This document shows, piece by piece, positions 43,901 through 49,329 of a stretch of DNA of 49,329 nt. The translations under genes were made by a program, and so were the position numbers. The DNA lies in the NCBI GenBank assembly GCA_900766945.1, contig CAAFXD010000183.1, positions 1 to 49,329 on the forward strand, in the 5' to 3' direction. Under the pieces are notes generated by a model. The model had not been told where the DNA came from. It made no database searches and saw only the letters and a program-made list of their open reading frames with translations. Within the stretch, counting starts at the first letter, position 1, and each line of letters begins with the position of its first letter. This stretch comes from Clostridia bacterium (lineage in GTDB: Bacteria > Bacillota > Clostridia > Oscillospirales > Acutalibacteraceae).

Positions 43901-45113
43901 TGGTCTGCCCGGGGAGAACGGTTACGGTCTGTGCGTTTTGCGGCACATAAAAGCCGCCTACCTTTTCCGTAACGGTGTATGTGCCGGCGAACAAACCCTC
44001 GGCGGCGATTGTACCGTCCGCGCCGGTCTTTACATCTTTTTCCACGCCGTTACCGCTGATGTGCAGAGGGACATTTGCAATAACGCCGTCCTCGGAGGTC
44101 TTGACGATTTTGATATTCCCGGTCGTCACCTTAATTGTGAGATTTAACTGTTTCAAGGGGTCTTCTACTGTATCGCCGTACTGAAGCATATCTTGGATTT
44201 GCCCGTTGTTGCTTGTACTTGTGACTCCATCACCCCAAACAACAAACGCCTTCTTTTTTACACCGACACTTTTACCTATCACTTGGACAGACTCACTTGT
44301 GGGATTGGTAGTAGAAATGGTGAGTTGATTCCCGTTTTGTGTGATAGATGTGCCGGAGCTGTTGGATGAAAAAGAGTATTTCCCCAATACATTATTTCGG
44401 TCGGTTAAAGTAACGGAATATGTACCGTTATTGTAGGCAAAATCAAAAACCGTGCCGCCGAAATCCGGTGTAATCATATGTTGCTGAACTGCTGCTGCAA
44501 TTCGGTTATAGTTTTCAATGATTTGTGCATAAATCGGGCAGGCACTGGTGACCTGCTCTATGGCGTTGTTGTACCCGTATTGATGCGCGTCAATTTTGGA
44601 GAAGTCTGCGCGGCGCTCTCCGACGATAACTTCATGAATTAAAATTTGCGTAGCTGCCGCCATTGCCAGCTCGTTAGCGGCAGTCGGATTGGTCGTCAGC
44701 CAATCGGTGCTATTGTTTCCGGTCCAACCATATTGCAGAATGCGACCTATTAAAATTTGTATTGTGTCTCTATCAATCGTACTGTTTCCGGGGTGTCTAT
44801 CCCAATAATCTGCGCCTCTTTGCGTCAGCGTATCACCTGTGTGTTGGCTGATACCGGGCTCAATACAGTAGCAGGTGGGCCCGTTGTAATCGCCGATAGA
44901 ACGCATTACCATTTTGTCGGAGGCTTTCATATACCAGCCACCCATCAAATACAGGTCGGGGTGTCCCCAGCCGCTTTTATTCGTGTCAGCGGCGCGCGGA
45001 TAGTTGATAATACAAACATCAACCGTTTGTGCTGCCGCCATAACGGACAGACTGGACAACAGCAAAAGCATTGCCAGCAACACCGAAAAAAAGCGTTTTG
45101 TTTTTTGTTTCAT
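40911..45113 (-). CDS. Cell-wall-anchored adhesin (1400 aa): putative Cys-Gln thioester domain, many CnaB/SpaA-type domains, IPKTG sorting signal
   Basis: Signal peptide MKQKTKRFFSVLLAMLLLLSSLSVMAAA from the ATG at 45113 (AAAGGAGAA SD). TCYCIEPG and AATQILIHEV resemble the thioester Cys and TQxxhW motifs. Repeated units of the type GxhxhxKxxEDG...GxYThxE. Confidence 0.75.
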   Translation of the reverse strand: MKQKTKRFFSVLLAMLLLLSSLSVMAAAQTVDVCIINYPRAADTNKSGWGHPDLYLMGGWYMKASDKMVMRSIGDYNGPTCYCIEPGISQHTGDTLTQRGADYWDRHPGNSTIDRDTIQILIGRILQYGWTGNNSTDWLTTNPTAANELAMAAATQILIHEVIVGERRADFSKIDAHQYGYNNAIEQVTSACPIYAQIIENYNRIAAAVQQHMITPDFGGTVFDFAYNNGTYSVTLTDRNNVLGKYSFSSNSSGTSITQNGNQLTISTTNPTSESVQVIGKSVGVKKKAFVVWGDGVTSTSNNGQIQDMLQYGDTVEDPLKQLNLTIKVTTGNIKIVKTSEDGVIANVPLHISGNGVEKDVKTGADGTIAAEGLFAGTYTVTEKVGGFYVPQNAQTVTVLPGQTTTVTFNNTLKRGSLTVTKTAEDGLLAGHSFHLFGISDSGLTVDTYAVTDSSGKAVFENVLIGSGYTLEEVDTGVQYVIPDSQTTSVVWNTVTNASFENTLKKFTVTVQKKDSTTGTAQGDATLENAVYGIYDGDTLVDTYTTNSQGGFVSKEYICGDDWTLRELTPSEGYLLDETVYHIGAEPGNFTVEHNPISMTVTEDVILGQIAIIKHNDDGSTQIETPEVGAEFEVHLKSAGAYAAANDRERDLLVTDGNGFALSKKLPYGAYTVHQTKGNEGTEFIPDFDVIINQNGEVYRYLINNATFESYLKIVKKDAETGKTVPLAGAGFQLYGPDGNLITMSYTYPTPTTIDTFYTDTNGMLVTPEQLRYGKGYKAVEVQAPYGMVLDSTPIYFDVTPETMHDDGGITVVAISKSDFAQKGTIDITKLGEVFSSVAYDGTYYQPIFALANNAGAEFKITAAEDITTPDGTVRAKKGTVVDTITIGNSTTKSKPQYLGKYLVQETKAAPGMVLDNTVYEVTLTYAGQNVSVTSAAITITNARQKAVIDLRKFLEQDELFGLGMNGEIGNVQFALYAAEDLTAVDGSVIPKDGLLEILNLNEDGTAQFATDLPVGAKAYVKEYSTDAHYVLSDAIYTVVFEYEGQDTAEVHITVNNGEAIENNLIRGNIFGYKVDNDGFAVGNALMGLFRPDETLFTEENALMTYLSNEIGAFGFLDVPYGNYVVREIEAPEGFVLNKTVYPVAITENEQVIEITVENRFITGNVQVIKADGVDNDMRLSGFTFEVYVDTDRNGEFDPQIDRLVDTLKEDETGVYSLMGLRYNGYFLHEAAQDGKAYLLDDGYYYFEIREDGETVVVSNADNGLFLNMPVLSSLEITKTDVSDGKLLPNIGFRIRNEKGEIIQEGYTDENGVVRFDHLRYGKYTYQEFSADGYIVDGKEYPFEITENGQVISVTMTNEPIPVEIPKTGGKAVWVTATGATVLVSAAWLTLATKKRRRKA
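40914..41021 (-). other. Sortase sorting signal
   Basis: IPKTG is encoded at 41007-41021 (verified). It is followed by the hydrophobic stretch AVWVTATGATVLVSAAWLTLA and the tail TKKRRRKA. No sortase gene is present in the window. Confidence 0.75.
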
Positions 45114-45171
45114 AGTTTTATTCTCCTTTAAAAAAATTCTTATGTTAACGCCTATATTGGCGAAAAAGCGC

Positions 45172-45203
45172 AATAAAAAAGAGACCTGTGTAAACAGATC
45201 TCT
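45172..45203 (-). terminator. Rho-independent terminator
   Basis: 10-bp stem (45180-45189 pairing with 45194-45203, one mismatch) and a GTAA loop. On the minus strand it is followed by TTTTTTATTG. Confidence 0.6.
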
Positions 45204-45224
45204 TTTTGAGAGTGAAAACGAAAT

Positions 45225-46115
45225 TTATTGGTACGAAGTGTAGCCGATATACAGCTTATATTTCCCTGGGGACTTTAATTCTGTCCAAACATAAAATGTA
45301 TCGTTTCCGTATTGCTTATATTCGTTCAAGCGTCGCTGAATTGCGGCTTCATCTTCATCAATATATGTCCCCGTTTCGGGATTATATATTACCATAGGGT
45401 TATCCCAACCGAATACCTCTATGGGTAAGTCCGTGCGATATTTCATTCCGATTGATTTGCCATAGTTGATGGCGTACTGTACGAAATAGTCAATGTTTTC
45501 CGACCGCACGGTAGTACCCTCGGTTGTAGGTTGGGTGGTCGTTGTTGTCGGCTTCGTCGTGGTTGGCGTCACCGGCTTTGTAGTGGTCGGTGCCGCCGTA
45601 GTCGGCGAGATAGTTGCCGATGGTATACTCGGTTGCGTTGGCGGCTGTGTAGTCGGTGTGGTCGGGGTTGTTGCTGACGGTTCTGTAATCGGCTCTGTTG
45701 TCGGTTTGGAGAGTATCGTGTCGGAACTGCTGCTCGGACGGGAGGTTGAGGTCGGTGTGGTGGTTGCAATTTCCGGGTGCAATTCTGCATAGACAGCATA
45801 AGGAACACGGCTGATTTCGTGTTGACCGTTTGTGTCGGTAACTTGTTCCCCGTTGCTGTTCGTTGCCGGTACTTCGACGAAAACCTGTGTGACCACTTCG
45901 CCGGCAGCGTCAGTTACCTGTTCGCCGTTTGCATCGGTCACGACCTCGATTTCGGTCACTACCACTTCATTTTCCTCTTGTACCGGGAGACGGTTGTGCA
46001 GGGTAACCGGCACCACAATCGCCGCGACAATTACGATTACCGAACCTACACAGGTGCTGATTGCAACTGTCCGCATCTTTTTATCTGTTTTCAGTCTTTC
46101 TGCAAGTTTTCGCAT
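45225..46115 (-). CDS. Membrane-anchored protein with a Thr/Pro-rich stalk and a globular C-terminal domain
   Basis: AAAGGAGGAAACATC-ATG. TM segment VAISTCVGSVIVIVAAIVVPV, DANGEQVTD-type repeats, then a long T/P linker. Confidence 0.6.
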   Translation of the reverse strand: MRKLAERLKTDKKMRTVAISTCVGSVIVIVAAIVVPVTLHNRLPVQEENEVVVTEIEVVTDANGEQVTDAAGEVVTQVFVEVPATNSNGEQVTDTNGQHEISRVPYAVYAELHPEIATTTPTSTSRPSSSSDTILSKPTTEPITEPSATTPTTPTTQPPTQPSIPSATISPTTAAPTTTKPVTPTTTKPTTTTTQPTTEGTTVRSENIDYFVQYAINYGKSIGMKYRTDLPIEVFGWDNPMVIYNPETGTYIDEDEAAIQRRLNEYKQYGNDTFYVWTELKSPGKYKLYIGYTSYQ

Positions 46116-46411
46116 GATGTTTCCTCCTTTGTTTCATCATTTATTACTTTTACAGTAATCTCTTGTTTTACTTTGACGGGTGGGTGTTTGGTTCCAATTT
46201 GCCAAAGAATTGAAAAAAGAACAAATATACCCAAGAAAATAAATATCAACTTTTTTTCAATTGGGTCGCTTGCGCCTTCAAAAGCATAACAAGGTACCAA
46301 TATGATGAGAAATAAACCTGTTATGCACATGCCAATTTTTCCAATTGGTCTGAGAATACTTTGCAGCAATCCAAATAAAACACGAAAAGCACCTGATAGA
46401 AAATTTTTCAT
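46091..46411 (-). CDS. Small two-TM membrane protein
   Basis: ATG at 46411 (the track GTG start is at 46420). It overlaps the next gene by 25 nt. Confidence 0.45.
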   Translation of the reverse strand: MKNFLSGAFRVLFGLLQSILRPIGKIGMCITGLFLIILVPCYAFEGASDPIEKKLIFIFLGIFVLFSILWQIGTKHPPVKVKQEITVKVINDETKEETSCENLQKD

Positions 46412-46527
46412 CTTTATCACCCGCTTGAATGTTTGTGACGATTAAACACATCATCTATATTAGTACAATATCACACTTTTTTTGTATATACAAGTGTGCG
46501 ATTGAATTTTTGGTAGGTAGGTTGATA

Positions 46528-47580
46528 TTACTCTTCCCGTCTTTGACAGTTATCATGCTGTACCCATTGTCGATAAAATACATCAGAGCCGAAAAGAGAA
46601 TTATACAACGCAGTCCGAATATAGTTCTGCACATTTATAATTTTCGTTTTACTTTGTTGTAGGCAAGTATAGATATAATCCAATTCATCTATTCCGATTT
46701 TCAAAAATCGGCTTTTCACTACCTCGGTAGGAAATTCTTGCTTTTTGATGCGGACAGTTGGGGCGGTAGAGGTAATCGTGTCGACCATAATATCTGTGAC
46801 AAGTTTCAGAAAATCTGCCCGTTCTTCGTCACCGGTTGTAAGACAAGATTCCATTTCCGCGTCATAGTCAATGTTCGCCTTGACAAGCAGCTCATACTTT
46901 TGCCTTTCCTCAGCTAAACGATACGCTGCTTCTCTATCCATCTTCCTCGTGTCAGCATTTACGCTGTTGTTTCTTTTTGAAGAAGATGGATTATTTATTC
47001 CATCAGTATTTTGATTATCTAAGTATTTTATTGGGTCGGATTTTCCTATATAGGGTTTCCCAACATAGGGAAATCCAATCTGGTCATCATTACTTGGAGT
47101 GTGTTTTTTCGCTTGCGAAATTGCCACATTGGATTTTCCAACTTGGCTGTTTTCATCCACATCGGATTTTCCAATGTGGTCTTTTTTGCCCATATCGGTT
47201 TTTTCAATTTGGGCGGGTTCCACAGATATATTATGTTGGTTTTCATCTGCGATTTCTTCTTGCGGTTCTGTTTTATTCGCAACTGATTGCTCGTGAATTA
47301 TGTACTCTGTGCAGAGCAGCTGTCCTCGTTCGTTGCGTCCGCGCGAACGGCTCAAATATCCGTTTTTTTCTAACTCCTTAATTCCGGAACGGACGGAGTC
47401 AATCCCGTCGCCACTCAACGAAACAAGACCATTTAATGTCATATCCCAGTTGGGGGGCAAAGATAACATTAAAGTTAGTAATCCTTTTGCCTTTAAAGAT
47501 ATGTTTTTATCCTGCAAGTGATGATTTGAGATAATTGTGTAGTTTTTGTTCTTTTCTACACGAAAAACTGTCGTTGCCAT
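46528..47580 (-). CDS. Winged-HTH replication-initiator/replisome-organizer-like protein
   Basis: FRVEKNKNYTIISNHHLQDKNISLKAKGLLTLMLSLPPNWDMTLNGLVSLSGDGIDSVRSGIKELEKNGYL is the N-terminal wHTH typical of Firmicutes mobile-element Rep/DnaD-like proteins. The central region has a repeated xIGKSx motif. Confidence 0.55.
   Translation of the reverse strand: MATTVFRVEKNKNYTIISNHHLQDKNISLKAKGLLTLMLSLPPNWDMTLNGLVSLSGDGIDSVRSGIKELEKNGYLSRSRGRNERGQLLCTEYIIHEQSVANKTEPQEEIADENQHNISVEPAQIEKTDMGKKDHIGKSDVDENSQVGKSNVAISQAKKHTPSNDDQIGFPYVGKPYIGKSDPIKYLDNQNTDGINNPSSSKRNNSVNADTRKMDREAAYRLAEERQKYELLVKANIDYDAEMESCLTTGDEERADFLKLVTDIMVDTITSTAPTVRIKKQEFPTEVVKSRFLKIGIDELDYIYTCLQQSKTKIINVQNYIRTALYNSLFGSDVFYRQWVQHDNCQRREE
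47125..47212. repeat. Three 22-bp imperfect palindromic units at exact 33-bp phasing inside the Rep-like ORF
   Basis: CACATTGGATTTTCCAACTTGG (47125), CACATCGGATTTTCCAATGTGG (47158) and CATATCGGTTTTTTCAATTTGG (47191). Each unit is roughly a 9-bp inverted repeat around ATTTT. Confidence 0.6.
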
Positions 47581-47625
47581 TTTAACAGTCCTTTCTTTTA
47601 TTATGTGCGATCCGGATTAGGAGAA

Positions 47626-47883
47626 TTAGTGCTTTTGGTTGGATTGCAGAAAAAATCTGTTTACTTCTGTGTTGTGCAAAATCGCATCAACAGTTATACC
47701 GTATACTTCGGCAATCCGAACGAGTACAAAAACATTGGGTCGATTTTTCCCCAATTCATAATTCGTATAGGTAAGCCGCTTCACACCGATTAAGTCAGCG
47801 AGTTGCTGTTGTGTGTATTGGTGCTCTCGGCGTAATGCGCGCAAGGAGGAGGCAAGTTCTTTCATCTGCAATTTATCGTTCAT
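47626..47883 (-). CDS. XRE-family HTH regulator (85 aa)
   Basis: LRALRREHQYTQQQLADLIGVKRLTYTNYELGKNRPNVFVLVRIAEVYGITVDAIL. ATG at 47883 with a GAGGAA SD. The track ORF start at 47997 overlaps the upstream gene. Confidence 0.75.
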   Translation of the reverse strand: MNDKLQMKELASSLRALRREHQYTQQQLADLIGVKRLTYTNYELGKNRPNVFVLVRIAEVYGITVDAILHNTEVNRFFLQSNQKH

Positions 47884-47893
47884 ATCAAGTTCC

Positions 47894-49183
47894 TCATTTT
47901 TGATTGTAAATACTTTGTTCTTTTTGAAGGGAAGCATATTTCTGATATTGTGTTCTCCCTGACCCAAACAAAATCTGTGGGTATTCTGTTCCGGCAAGGG
48001 TGCACCATTCTGTTTTTAACGCAGACAGGCGTTCGGATAGATTTTGACAGCGTTTGGTTAATACAGAAGTTTGCGTGTGATTGGAAAGAACATTCTTGGC
48101 TACTTCACCCGGTGAGGGGATATAAAGCTGCCGTTCCATTTGTTTCAATTCAACCGAAAGTGTTTTTATTTGCGCGTATAGGAGCTTCATTTGCTCATCG
48201 CGCGCGATCATTCGCGTTAAAAATGCTTGCAAATTGGAAGAAGTTACGGGATATGTTTTCCAAGCCAAACCTTGCTTTACTGATGCTGTAATCCAGCCTA
48301 TGACCTTGTTTGGTGTAATGTCGTTGGCACGCGAAAGCGTATAGCAAGTGTTTAAGACTTGCAACATCGCATCATCCACGCCGTATTGCCCTTTGAATTG
48401 CGCGGCAAGTTGGTTTTCAGCCGTTTCAGAAAATGCTTTTGCCAAAGCAGTGGCGTCGGCAGACACAGAGTTGTAGTCTACGAAAACTTCCCCACGGCGA
48501 TACAGCGTAGCAATCAATTGGTCATCATTTGCTTGTCGAATGGAAAAATACGGCTGTAAAAGCGCCAAGAATTCTTCGGCAGAAACATCTCCGTCAAATC
48601 CATAAAAAGCCATCGAGTTTTCACCTGTGCGTGATATGCCTGCGCAGCGTTCCAAGTTCAAACAGGATGCCATAGCGCTGTCATCATACCAAACACGCGC
48701 ACCGTCCCACAGCTTGCCTTGTTCTCCGCCATAAGCCCCTAACCCGCGGTCGTTAATATCATTTACGAATTTGATTGCCGTGCCGCCGCTTTGACTCCAT
48801 TCTGAAAGGTTTTTATTATAGTCATCAATCAAAATGCAATCCGCGTTCAGATTTGGAACATACGCCGTTTTATCTGCGCCGGCGGGAACAAACAGCATAT
48901 GATCGTCTGCCAACTGCGGTAGATGGGTGTGGAGCCATTCGCGTTTTTCATCAGCAGCAAAAGGCGGCTCTGTATCCAAAACCGCCGATAAAACGAAAAA
49001 CTCTGTATCGGGATTGCGGTCGATACAGAGTGATATAGCGTTTAGAAATTCCTGAAATGGTTTGAGTTGAATATAAAAGCCCGGTTCCCACATTTGTTCG
49101 ACATATTTGTGCTCAACATCGTGGAATCGGCAAAGCGTGCCATCCATATCAAGGTAAATCCTTTTATTCATATGTTGTGTCAT
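47894..49183 (-). CDS. HAD-superfamily 5'(3')-deoxyribonucleotidase-like domain fused to an uncharacterised ~280-aa C-terminal region
   Basis: IYLDMDGTLCRF (DxDGT nucleophile motif), FVLSAV, and ILIDDYNKNL (a late acidic motif). Confidence 0.6.
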   Translation of the reverse strand: MTQHMNKRIYLDMDGTLCRFHDVEHKYVEQMWEPGFYIQLKPFQEFLNAISLCIDRNPDTEFFVLSAVLDTEPPFAADEKREWLHTHLPQLADDHMLFVPAGADKTAYVPNLNADCILIDDYNKNLSEWSQSGGTAIKFVNDINDRGLGAYGGEQGKLWDGARVWYDDSAMASCLNLERCAGISRTGENSMAFYGFDGDVSAEEFLALLQPYFSIRQANDDQLIATLYRRGEVFVDYNSVSADATALAKAFSETAENQLAAQFKGQYGVDDAMLQVLNTCYTLSRANDITPNKVIGWITASVKQGLAWKTYPVTSSNLQAFLTRMIARDEQMKLLYAQIKTLSVELKQMERQLYIPSPGEVAKNVLSNHTQTSVLTKRCQNLSERLSALKTEWCTLAGTEYPQILFGSGRTQYQKYASLQKEQSIYNQK

Positions 49184-49329
49184 CCTTTTTCTGTGAGAAA
49201 TGAAATGATGCAGTTGTTTTTAACTGCCTTTTGCAGTGCGATAACAGCAGTTATTTCTGCAATGTTTTTGCAAAAGCCCGTCATATCTTCTGCCGATATG
49301 CCGGCGATTGCTTTTTCATCCGTAAAACC
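49180..49329 (-). CDS. 3' end (49 codons) of an unidentified gene entering from the right edge
   Basis: The open frame ...GFTDEKAIAGISAEDMTGFCKNIAEITAVIALQKAVKNNCIISFLTEKG ends in a TGA that overlaps the next ATG (ATGA). Confidence 0.45.
   Translation of the reverse strand, partial: GFTDEKAIAGISAEDMTGFCKNIAEITAVIALQKAVKNNCIISFLTEKG

Larger units (their letters stand above)
972..49329. mobile_element. Conjugative element (ICE or plasmid) backbone. The left boundary is somewhere in 200-1056 and the right end is beyond the window.
   Basis: A contiguous co-oriented T4SS, relaxosome, leading-region genes (ssb, ArdC-like, methylase), a Rep-like gene and an accessory island. No integrase for this outer element is visible in the window. 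Confidence 0.7.

Noticed and set aside
1-49329. Looked for CRISPR arrays, rRNA, tRNA/tmRNA T-arm signatures and IS-type terminal inverted repeats.
   Set aside because: None was recognised by eye. A covariance-model scan (tRNAscan-SE or cmscan) would be needed to exclude small RNAs formally.

Overview
The window is almost entirely one Firmicutes/Clostridia-type conjugative element (ICE or plasmid). Nearly every gene is on the minus strand.

- **1-1056:** a partial Fur-family regulator gene with a consensus promoter and a Fur-box-like operator, followed by about 0.9 kb of hairpin-rich DNA with no credible ORF.
- **1.06-12.4 kb, type IV secretion and relaxosome module:** M23 peptidase, VirB4-like ATPase, PrgI-like, VirB6/CD1112-like, Maff2-like, VirD4-like coupling protein, an ArdC-N-like protein, PcfB-like, MOB relaxase, MobC and an RHH protein. 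A perfect 12-bp inverted repeat is the candidate oriT.
- **12.5-31.2 kb, leading-region-like block:** a degenerate CHC2 primase-like protein, a DpnD/PcfM-like protein, SSB, and a giant polyvalent ORF (ArdC-N / MutS-I-like / N6-MTase / SNF2).
- **Nested transposon:** the giant ORF is split by a 7,252-bp Tn4451/Tn4453-family mobilizable transposon. Its gene order is TnpX-like serine recombinase, TnpV, cargo, TnpY-like ATPase, TnpZ-like Mob, TnpW. Its two ends would assemble a perfect TTGACA-N17-TATAAT promoter facing the recombinase only after circularisation. The cargo slot (catP in Tn4451) holds an AT-rich XRE-TPR regulator.
- **Embedded gene:** inside the giant ORF, in another frame of the same strand, lies a second TnpV-like gene with its own Shine-Dalgarno. 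It coincides with the low-complexity linker of the giant protein.
- **31.3-46.4 kb, accessory surface-protein island:** a thioester-type IPKTG-anchored adhesin, an orphan type IV pilin-like gene, a zinc-ribbon membrane protein, and a 1648-aa beta-helix/LRR/CnaB exoprotein. That exoprotein shares a C-terminal module with a small secreted protein.
- **46.5-49.3 kb:** a wHTH Rep-like gene with phased palindromic repeats, an XRE regulator, and a HAD/NT5C-like nucleotidase fusion.

I recognised no rRNA, tRNA or CRISPR array. All family assignments come from motif recognition by eye. No database search was run.
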